Assembly (NCBI GenBank): GCA_963803165.1
Contig: CAWDLK010000008.1
Span: 8,790-72,789, forward strand
Reading direction: 5' to 3'
Origin: an uncultured Chloroflexia bacterium
GTDB lineage: Bacteria; Chloroflexota; Dormibacteria; Aeolococcales; Aeolococcaceae
DNA length: 64,000 nt
Positions within the stretch are counted from its first letter, which is position 1. Each line of letters opens with the position of its first letter. Of the stretch, positions 40,576 through 47,475 are shown in pieces. The notes under the pieces are model-generated. The model made no database searches, was not told the DNA's origin, and saw only the letters and a list, made by a program, of their open reading frames with translations. The position numbers were made by a program, and so were the translations under genes.

Positions 40576-41049
40576 ATGGAGATGTTCGGGCGCCGGATGG
40601 CCTGTGGCGGCATGGCTGCGGTGCTGCTGGGGCTTGCCGGATGCTCCGGTCCGGGGCCAAACACAGCTCCGAGGGTCACCCATAGCCTCGGCTACCCGCG
40701 GGGGGTGAGCCTGCAGCCTGCCCAGGGAGCCGAACGAGTTGGCTGGGAGAACGCTCACCAGCTGGCGGTCGTGACCTACGGCAGCTCCGGCTGTCCCCTG
40801 CTTCCCGTGTCGGTGGGAGCGGCGGGCAACCTTGTGGTGATCATCGTGGGCGCGACGGTGTCTGCAGACAGCCCTTGCCTCGCCGACAATGCCGCCTCCA
40901 CGAGCCTGGTCCCCGTGCCCAAGACGATCGACGTGAGCCAGCCGGTGGTCGTCGTGATCCATATCGCCCCCGGTGAGCCTGCCGTCTACCCCAGCTTGGG
41001 TGCGAATGAGCACACCATGGTCACGCTCCCGCCTTTCGGGAGTCCTTAG
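40576..41049 (+). CDS. Hypothetical lipoprotein
   Basis: MEMFGRRMACGGMAAVLLGLAGCSG lipobox. 157 aa. Confidence 0.5.
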   Translation: MEMFGRRMACGGMAAVLLGLAGCSGPGPNTAPRVTHSLGYPRGVSLQPAQGAERVGWENAHQLAVVTYGSSGCPLLPVSVGAAGNLVVIIVGATVSADSPCLADNAASTSLVPVPKTIDVSQPVVVVIHIAPGEPAVYPSLGANEHTMVTLPPFGSP

Positions 41050-41070
41050 CCCACCCCTCCAAATGCCCGG

Positions 41071-41133
41071 GCCTCAAGGGACATTCCCCAACACTGGGCC
41101 AGGCGAGTGTGCTGTGTCTTGTCCCTTGAGGTC
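41071..41133 (+). repeat. Structured repeat copy D (best-formed copy)
   Basis: GCCTCAAGGGACATTCCCCAACACTGGGCCAGGCGAGTGTGCTGTGTCTTGTCCCTTGAGGTC. Perfect 12-bp closing stem 41072-41083 / 41120-41131. Confidence 0.85.
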
Positions 41134-41213
41134 GGCGTCCGGTACCCGGGGTAGGCAGCGGCCGAACCAGGTCTGTGCCCCGCACGGTTCCGGCGGGCTT
41201 CGTGAGATCGAGG

Positions 41214-42608
41214 TCAGACGGTCGCCGCCTGAAGCCGGCGCCGTCGCCAGATCACCAGCGCGATGAGAGCGACGACAATCACCACGAGCGGCACCAACCA
41301 GGCGACGATGGGAACGCCCCCCGCCGCAGATGAAGGAGGCGTGAAACTCAGGGTCAAAGTCATCAGCGCGTACGGTGGGCTCTGACCCTGGGGGCTGGCC
41401 GCCCAATAGGCAGCGTCCGCCGCCTTCACCTGCTCCAGCAGGGAACGTCCGGCGGCGGTGAGGGGCAGCGCCAGGGTGTGGCTCCCCGTGGTCATGTACG
41501 CTGCCTCGCCGGCGGCGACCTGGGTGCCCACCGGGACCGGCGTGGGGCTGGCCGCGGTGAGACGGGCGGCCGGCTGGCGGGTGACGTCGAGGGTTGAGTT
41601 GGGCGCGCCACCCGGCAGGAAGGCGACGGCGCTGCCCGAGCCGGTGCCGCCGTCGAAGTCGAAGCCGCACCCTGAGGCGGCATCCAGACGTGGTGTCCCC
41701 GGACTGTCACCTGGGTAGAAGCCGATGGCGCTGCCATTGCCGCCGCCGCCCTCGAAGGCCACAACGCAGGGGTCGGAGCAGCTGAAGGCCGGTGCCGAGC
41801 CGGCGGGGTAGCCCGTGGCCCCCGGGCCGTCGAGCAGTGTGATCCGAGGGGTGTCGGGGCGGAACGCGATGGCGCTGCCATTGCCGCCGCTGCCATCGAA
41901 GGCCAGCACCCCGCTCAGCGTTCCCGGCTGGCCGACGTCCAGGGTCACCGTGGCCTGACCGGCGCTCAGCAGGTCGGTGGCGCTGCTCTGGAAGTTCTGG
42001 ATGGTGTCCTGGATCGTCCCGCTCTGCTCCTTGTAGCAGCCCTCCAGGAACCATGCGGGGGCGCTGGGGTCGGGGGTCGGCAGTGCCACGGACGAGGACG
42101 GGCCGCCGGGTGTGGGGGTGGCCGAGGTCACCAGGGTGAGTCCCGTGCCGGCCAGGGTAAGCGTATCCGCGATGCCGGGGAAGGTGGTCCCGTTCGGTGT
42201 GATGTTGGTATGGGTCCCCGCGAAATGGGAGCCGCTGCCGGTGAGGTCCCAATCGGTGTCGAAGGAGCCGTTGCCACTCGCCTGGGCGGCGCTCGAGACC
42301 AACTGCAGCTGATCGGCTCCGGCCTGCACCACCGAGAGCGATTGCGTGTAGCCGTTCGGAAGCGTGATGACCAGGAGCGCCCCCGAAGGACCGGCGGTGA
42401 GGGCGACGGACACGGTCCTGCTGACTCCTGGCGACTCTGTCCAGGTGGCTCCGGACTGGTCCAGGTGGAGCTCGGCCAGGGGCACCGGGGTTTCCGGCCC
42501 GGGGGTCTGGGCCGCAGCCGGCTGGCCCAGCGCCGCCGCCCCGAGGAGAAGAGCCACCCCGACCGGGCCGACCTTGAGGAGCCGGCGCGCCCATTCCCCA
42601 ACTCTCAT
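41214..42608 (-). CDS. Secreted protein with C-terminal TM anchor and three Gly-rich internal repeats
   Basis: Start moved to MRVGEWARRLLKVGPVGVALLLGAAALGQPAAAQ (signal peptide). Repeats AFDGSGGNGSAIAF / AFEGGGGNGSAIGF / DFDGGTGSGSAVAF. Tail is a TM helix followed by RRRR. Confidence 0.55.
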   Translation of the reverse strand: MRVGEWARRLLKVGPVGVALLLGAAALGQPAAAQTPGPETPVPLAELHLDQSGATWTESPGVSRTVSVALTAGPSGALLVITLPNGYTQSLSVVQAGADQLQLVSSAAQASGNGSFDTDWDLTGSGSHFAGTHTNITPNGTTFPGIADTLTLAGTGLTLVTSATPTPGGPSSSVALPTPDPSAPAWFLEGCYKEQSGTIQDTIQNFQSSATDLLSAGQATVTLDVGQPGTLSGVLAFDGSGGNGSAIAFRPDTPRITLLDGPGATGYPAGSAPAFSCSDPCVVAFEGGGGNGSAIGFYPGDSPGTPRLDAASGCGFDFDGGTGSGSAVAFLPGGAPNSTLDVTRQPAARLTAASPTPVPVGTQVAAGEAAYMTTGSHTLALPLTAAGRSLLEQVKAADAAYWAASPQGQSPPYALMTLTLSFTPPSSAAGGVPIVAWLVPLVVIVVALIALVIWRRRRLQAATV

Positions 42609-42748
42609 GCCATCAGCATGACGGCGGCTCTCCGGGTGAGCAAGCCTGCGGACACGCTCGCTTTCGCTGGTGCCCTCCTCACCTGAGCCCGCGGCCACCT
42701 CACCCCCCCTGATCCGCAGCCTCGTGCCCGGCGTCTGGAGGGAGGCGG

Positions 42749-42812
42749 CCCTCAAGCGACATTCGCCATTTCTGGGCCAGCCCAGGGTACTGTTACTGCC
42801 ACTGCAGCAAAG
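42749..42812 (+). repeat. Structured repeat copy E
   Basis: CCCTCAAGCGACATTCGCCATTTCTGGGCCAGCCCAGGGTACTGTTACTGCCACTGCAGCAAAG. A better closing partner for the 5' arm (GTCGACTTAG) may lie at 42837-42846. Confidence 0.75.
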
Positions 42813-42849
42813 CGCTCAACCCGGTCAGCCGGCGCGTCGACTTAGCCGA

Positions 42850-42855
42850 TAATCT
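42850..42855 (+). promoter_or_regulatory. -10-like TAATCT, 7 nt before GTG 42863
   Basis: TAnnnT hexamer with no SD. Leaderless pattern. Confidence 0.35.
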
Positions 42856-42862
42856 GCCCGAC

Positions 42863-43204
42863 GTGAACCCCGTCGAGGCCTGGCGCCGCGCTCACAACAC
42901 TCTCCGGACAGACCGGTCCGGCGAGCCCATCCCCATGTTCCGCAACTACGCGCTTCACTATGCCTACACGGGTACCGGATTCATCCTTGCTGGACTTGTG
43001 CTACTGCTCCTCCTTCAGGTTGCAGGATTCGGCCTCATCTTATTCGGGCTGATCGGTTACGTCTTTTGCGATACTACTACTACTACTACTACAACTTCGT
43101 CGCACCCCGATGGCGGTAGTGCCGCCCTCAGCTACCGGCGGGCCTCGGCCTCGCCTCAAGGGTCATTCCCCAACGCTGGGCCACGCCAGGATGCAGTCGT
43201 CTGA
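42863..43204 (+). CDS. Small membrane protein containing a poly-Thr tract
   Basis: One or two TM segments (FILAGLVLLLLLQVAGFGLILFGLIGYVF), then T8 encoded by the trinucleotide repeat. Visibly AT-richer than its surroundings. Confidence 0.45.
   Translation: MNPVEAWRRAHNTLRTDRSGEPIPMFRNYALHYAYTGTGFILAGLVLLLLLQVAGFGLILFGLIGYVFCDTTTTTTTTSSHPDGGSAALSYRRASASPQGSFPNAGPRQDAVV
43072..43092 (+). repeat. Trinucleotide microsatellite (TAC)7
   Basis: TACTACTACTACTACTACTAC read directly. In frame it is (ACT)6-ACA-ACT, encoding Thr8. Confidence 0.9.
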
Positions 43205-43220
43205 CGCCCTACCCTCGAGC
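43153..43220 (+). repeat. Structured repeat copy F (more degenerate)
   Basis: GCCTCAAGGGTCATTCCCCAACGCTGGGCCACGCCAGGATGCAGTCGTCTGACGCCCTACCCTCGAGC. Overlaps the last codons of 42863..43204. Confidence 0.7.
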
Positions 43221-43284
43221 GCGAAGGTCCATGCGGTTGCGCAGGAGGCGTGGTGGAGCCTGGCATCCCGGCATCCGTTCCAGG

Positions 43285-43926
43285 TCACCGTACCCTCGGA
43301 CGCCGCACCATGCCCACCCAGGTGAACGGCTGCTCGGTCCCGCCCGGGGTGTGGTGCTCGTCCCGCCGGTGCTCGACCAACTCGAACTCGGCTCCGAAGA
43401 CAGAGGCCAGGTCACCCGGCTCGTAGCGTCGAACGGGCAGGCCGGAGCACCGCTGGGGCCCGTCTCCGGCGAAGGTGCCGATCACCACTCGAGCCTCCGG
43501 GGTGAGCGCCGCCCGCAGGGCGGCCAGGTAAGCCGTGCGCTGATCCTCCTCCACGAGAAAGTGGAACACCGCGCGGTCATGCCAGATTTCGTAGCGTCGC
43601 TCTGGCCGCCAGGCGAGCACATCGTCACGGAGCCAGTGGACGTGTGGGGCTCGCTCCCCCAGGCGATGCCTTGCGTGTGCGAGTGCGGCAGCCGACACGT
43701 CGAGCACGCTGACATCGCCGAAGCCGCGGTCGAGCAGACGGTCGACCAGCACCGACGCCCCGCCCCCGACGTCGATGATCGGCTCCTCGGGGGTGACACC
43801 GAGCGCGTCGAGCAATGCCAGTGACACCGTGGGCTCGTCCTGGTACCAGCTCACCTCGGTGGGAGGCCGCCGGCGGTAGATCTCGTCCCAGTGCCCGGCC
43901 GCCTCGAGTGCTCCAGTCTCCATCAT
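43285..43926 (-). CDS. Class I SAM-dependent methyltransferase
   Basis: IIDVGGGASVLVDRLL (motif I), VLDVS, HDRAVFHFL. Confidence 0.75.
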   Translation of the reverse strand: MMETGALEAAGHWDEIYRRRPPTEVSWYQDEPTVSLALLDALGVTPEEPIIDVGGGASVLVDRLLDRGFGDVSVLDVSAAALAHARHRLGERAPHVHWLRDDVLAWRPERRYEIWHDRAVFHFLVEEDQRTAYLAALRAALTPEARVVIGTFAGDGPQRCSGLPVRRYEPGDLASVFGAEFELVEHRRDEHHTPGGTEQPFTWVGMVRRPRVR

Positions 43927-44072
43927 CCACAGACTACGACGCCCCATCTCCACGGGCGCTGCCGGGGTCAGCCCTCCGCCAGGAAGTGGCACACGGTGTC
44001 GGAGAACCGCACTCCGGCCTCAACCTCGACCGTTCCGCCCCCGCCGCCTGGACTCGTCGTCCATCTAGCCGG

Positions 44073-44561
44073 CTAGCGGTGACGGCGAAGCTGCCCCGGA
44101 CTGAATCCGTAGCCTTCGCTCCCCTGGTGTGCCGCCGCGCGCCGCTGCGCCCTCCGCCGGCGCTCCCATCCCACCGCGAGGCAGAGCGCGGCGAGCACAA
44201 AGGGGGTGAGCACGAAGGTCGCGTCGAAGATCCGCGTGGAGAGCTTGTCCTCGACGGCGACCGGGGGATCGCTGGGGTCGAGGTAGACCGTGACCCGCTC
44301 GGGCGGGGCGTCCTGGGAGCGGTCATGAGCCTCGAAGGTGTAGGAGGTGCCGCGATACTGGTAGTTGACGCTGCCGCCGAGGTCCAGCCCTGGCACTGCA
44401 CGTCCCGTCCAGAGCAGGAAGCTGGGGGACACGACCTCCGCGCACACCGCGAGGGCGCCGACGAGCACGAGGATCAGCGCGCAGCCGCCGGACCAACCCG
44501 CGACGCCGGCGAGCCGCTGCGCCGATGCCTGGAGCCGCCTGCTCACCAGCCGGCGACCCAC
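44073..44561 (-). CDS. Hypothetical two-TM membrane protein
   Basis: 162-aa ORF with an N-terminal TM (CALILVLVGALAVCA) and a C-proximal TM (FVLTPFVLAALCLAV), followed by a basic tail. Confidence 0.45.
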   Translation of the reverse strand: MGRRLVSRRLQASAQRLAGVAGWSGGCALILVLVGALAVCAEVVSPSFLLWTGRAVPGLDLGGSVNYQYRGTSYTFEAHDRSQDAPPERVTVYLDPSDPPVAVEDKLSTRIFDATFVLTPFVLAALCLAVGWERRRRAQRRAAAHQGSEGYGFSPGQLRRHR

Positions 44562-44609
44562 ATTCCACGCGACCCCGTCGGAGACAGCCCGCGGCCTGCC
44601 GATCCCACC

Positions 44610-46289
44610 TCAGCACTCCGGGTCGGAGCCGCTGACCACCTGCCAGGTGCCGTCGGTACCCTGGAGAGCCTGCAGCGTCATCGAGCCGGACTGGACGTCC
44701 GTGGTCGGCCCCGGGCTGCCGGTCACGCGCCAGCCGGTCGTCGGGACGTCCGACCAGACATCCCCGTGAACGGCGAACCACTCCGCAGCCGTCGTGGGGG
44801 AGCTCTCCCCACCGGTGTCCCGGGCGAGGGAGAGGCTGAATCCCCGGCCATGCGAGCACGGGGAGCAGGCGGCGGTTCCGGCGAGAGCCAGCGCTAACGC
44901 CCCAACGATCAGGCGCGAGGGAGGCGGCAACGTGGCATCCATTATCTCGGCGACCGAGCCAGCGAGTTCGACCGAGCGGAGCGCGCTGCGGGCAGACGGC
45001 GCACTCGGCTCAGCGTGAGCGGGGTCAGCTTGGCGAGACAGGTCGTCCCGTCTGAGGCGTTGCGACCGTTCATCCGGCGCCCGGACCTTCCAGCCGAGCA
45101 GATCGGCGAGCAGCAGGGCCATGCCGCCGGCGATCGGCAGCGCCACGCACACGGTGGGGGCGCCGGCCAGCCGGGCGACGGCGGCGACGGAGAACGCGAC
45201 GGGGACGTAGAGCCGCCAGTTGTCCACCCTCCCCGGCCGGGCGAGCCACCAGATCGTCGCGAAGGTGCAGGGACCGACGAGGTAGTAGGGCCAGACCGAC
45301 TTGGCGAGGAGCGGCAGGCCCGCCGTGGACAGGGCAATGAGGGCGTGGATACGGGGTGGGCCCGGGAGCGTCGCCCCGCCGCCCCGCACCGCCAGCCAGG
45401 TCAGGACGACCGCCGCCATGCCGAAGAGGAGGGCGTCGCCATGCTGGATGAAGGTTGCGACCGGGCCCTCCGGGAAGAGCGTCCAGAGCGATCCCCCGAG
45501 GGCGGGCACCCGACCGCGATAGGTGACCATCGACGCGACCACATCGCGACCGTCGGCGAGGACGAAGGGAAGCAGCCCGGCGGCTGCGACGATCGCCGAC
45601 GTGCCGAGCAGGATGGCGGCCGACCGCAGGCGCCGTCCCGCGAGGAGGGCGAGGACGAGCGGGAGGGCGGCGAGCAGCGCGGCGGTCTGGGTGAGCAGGG
45701 CGAGCCCCAGGAGGCATCCGGCCACGGTGGTGCGGCCGCGGCCGAGCTGTCGCACCGCCACCAGGATGAGCCAGAGCTCGAGGGGGAGCTCGGCATGGCC
45801 GTAGACGACCATGCCGATCCAGAGCGGCGGTGCGAGCAGGAATGCCGACCAGGTGACGGACGCGGGGAGTGGCTGGTCCCGCGCGCTCCCCACGACCCTG
45901 ACGGCCTCGCGCGCGAAGGCCAGTGCGAAGAGGCCGAAGACGCCCATGACGACCGCGTCTCGAAGTGGGGCGTCGGCCTCCCAGCCCAGGGCGTTGACGG
46001 TCGCGACCACTGCGGTGAGGGGTACGAGGCTGAGGGGCCCGTTGTCGCTTCGCCAGACACCGGCGTGGACGCTGTAGACGAGGAGCGGGCGGCCGTGGAG
46101 GGCGAGCTCGGCCATGGGCCAGCGAAAGAGGTCGAGATCGCTCCGGCTCCAGAACGCGAAGGTGGCGAGCGCCAGCCCGGCCAGGAATGCCGAGGCGAGC
46201 ACGCGGGGCGTCGCCAGCCGGCCGGCGCGACGTGTGGTTGCAGCGAGCGACGCGATGACGGTTCTCCTGACCTCAGACGCCGGGGACAC
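44610..46289 (-). CDS. Polytopic membrane protein (GT-C/DUF2029-like glycosyltransferase candidate), in frame with a lipoprotein-like C-terminal module
   Basis: About 430 aa with many TM helices. From ATG 44942 onward there is a self-contained signal plus lipobox (LALALAGTAAC) and a soluble ~85-aa domain. This may be one fusion protein or two genes. Confidence 0.5.
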   Translation of the reverse strand: MSPASEVRRTVIASLAATTRRAGRLATPRVLASAFLAGLALATFAFWSRSDLDLFRWPMAELALHGRPLLVYSVHAGVWRSDNGPLSLVPLTAVVATVNALGWEADAPLRDAVVMGVFGLFALAFAREAVRVVGSARDQPLPASVTWSAFLLAPPLWIGMVVYGHAELPLELWLILVAVRQLGRGRTTVAGCLLGLALLTQTAALLAALPLVLALLAGRRLRSAAILLGTSAIVAAAGLLPFVLADGRDVVASMVTYRGRVPALGGSLWTLFPEGPVATFIQHGDALLFGMAAVVLTWLAVRGGGATLPGPPRIHALIALSTAGLPLLAKSVWPYYLVGPCTFATIWWLARPGRVDNWRLYVPVAFSVAAVARLAGAPTVCVALPIAGGMALLLADLLGWKVRAPDERSQRLRRDDLSRQADPAHAEPSAPSARSALRSVELAGSVAEIMDATLPPPSRLIVGALALALAGTAACSPCSHGRGFSLSLARDTGGESSPTTAAEWFAVHGDVWSDVPTTGWRVTGSPGPTTDVQSGSMTLQALQGTDGTWQVVSGSDPEC

Positions 46290-46400
46290 TCAGAGCATCC
46301 ACCAGCAGGTCGGCGTCGCGGTGGCTCGCCATGGCTTCGGGCGTCAGCCGGCCGGCGGGCGCGCCAGCGATCCTGCGTCGGTGTCGCGCGGCCCGGGTGG

Positions 46401-46425
46401 TTCGTCACGAAATGTTCGTGACGAA
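46401..46425. promoter_or_regulatory. 25-bp palindromic operator candidate
   Basis: TTCGTCACGAA-ATG-TTCGTGACGAA. The two 11-nt arms are exact reverse complements, and each arm is itself a TTCGT-N-ACGAA palindrome. It lies in the 341-bp divergent intergenic region. Confidence 0.45.
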
Positions 46426-46630
46426 ATATCGGCAATCTCCGCAAAGGACAGGCACCCGTGACTGCAGGGGGTCGGGTGGAATGGTGCGTTCTTGCCCGAT
46501 GGTCGGATCAGGGGGGCCGTCCGAGCCTCTTCGTCACCCTGGCCCGGGTACCAAAGCCCCTTGCAGACGGAGGACCGGCCGCTCTAAAGCGGGAGCCTGG
46601 ACCGCCCGCCCACCGAGCGAAGGGACTCTC

Positions 46631-46912
46631 ATGAGCGTGACCCCCGACAGCGTGACCCCCGACGACCTGCGCCAGGTCGCCCTGAAGCAGCTTCAGGAGC
46701 GGCGGGACTTCATGCCCCACCTGCTCGCCTACGTCCTGGTGAACGCCGGACTGGTACTGGTCTGGGCTCTCGTCTCCCACGGCGTGTTCTGGCCGGGGTT
46801 CGTGCTCCTCTTCTGGGGCTGCGGCCTGGTGATCCACGCCTGGACCGCCTTCTTCCGGAAGCCGATCACCGAGGCCGAGGTCGAGCGCTACATGGCGCGC
46901 CTGCACGGCTGA
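46631..46912 (+). CDS. 2TM-domain small membrane protein
   Basis: AAGGGA SD. MSVTPDS...RRDFMPHLLAYVLVNAGLVLVWAL...WPGFVLLFWGCGLVIHAW. Confidence 0.6.
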   Translation: MSVTPDSVTPDDLRQVALKQLQERRDFMPHLLAYVLVNAGLVLVWALVSHGVFWPGFVLLFWGCGLVIHAWTAFFRKPITEAEVERYMARLHG

Positions 46913-46961
46913 GACCCGGGCGAGGGGCCGGGCGCTCCCCCTTCGAGCAGCGGTTCCCGGA

Positions 46962-46967
46962 TAAGCT
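46962..46967 (+). promoter_or_regulatory. -10-like TAAGCT, 7 nt before GTG 46975
   Basis: Same hexamer and spacing as at 39833. No SD. Confidence 0.3.
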
Positions 46968-46974
46968 CTGGGAT

Positions 46975-47457
46975 GTGCGCTGGGACGAGTTCGCGCGGCA
47001 GTGCCCCGAGCTTGCCCAGCACGGGGAGGAGCGTCTGCGCGGCCGCGAGCTCTGCCTGATCGGGACCCTGCGGCGAGACGGGAGGCCTCGCATCAGCCCG
47101 GTCGAGCCGGACTTCGTGGACGGCGAGCTGATGGTCGGGATGATGTGGCGGTCGCGCAAGGCCCTCGACCTGCTCCGCGATCCCCGCTGCACCGTCCACA
47201 GCGTCGTCTCCGACCGCAAGGGCACCGAAGGCGACTTCAAGCTGCACGGCCGTGCCCTCGAGGTCGCCGATCCGGGGCGGCGCGCCCGCTACCGCGCGAC
47301 CATCCGGGCGCGGATCGACTGGGAGCCCACCGAGCCCGACTACCACTGTTTCGCCATCGACGTCGATTCGGCGGGGTTCGTCATCTTCGGGGACGCCCGG
47401 TACGGCCTCGCCTGGACCCCGTCCGCCGGCCTGAGGCGCTGGCAGCTGCCCGGGTGA
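46975..47457 (+). CDS. Pyridoxamine 5'-phosphate oxidase-family (split beta-barrel) protein
   Basis: LCLIGTLRRDGRPRISPVEPDFVDGELMVG...LLRDPRCTVHS. Confidence 0.65.
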   Translation: MRWDEFARQCPELAQHGEERLRGRELCLIGTLRRDGRPRISPVEPDFVDGELMVGMMWRSRKALDLLRDPRCTVHSVVSDRKGTEGDFKLHGRALEVADPGRRARYRATIRARIDWEPTEPDYHCFAIDVDSAGFVIFGDARYGLAWTPSAGLRRWQLPG

Positions 47458-47475
47458 GGATCCCGGAGCGTCCGC

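Noticed and set aside
38437-43220. The six repeats as a CRISPR array or as canonical integron attC sites.
   Set aside because: Not CRISPR: spacing is 0.6-1.7 kb, with whole genes in between, and the repeats are imperfect. Not canonical attC: no complementary RYYYAAC/GTTRRRY core pair could be found in either orientation (only a lone GTTGGGG/GTTGGGC on the bottom strand), and no IntI-like gene is present. The cassette analogy is therefore kept as a hypothesis only.
46401-46425. The palindrome as a LexA/SOS box.
   Set aside because: Actinobacterial SOS boxes (TCGAAC-N4-GTTCGA) and Cheo boxes (GAAC-N4-GTTC) have different half-sites and spacing. Here the central GAA-ATG-TTC has a 3-nt spacer.
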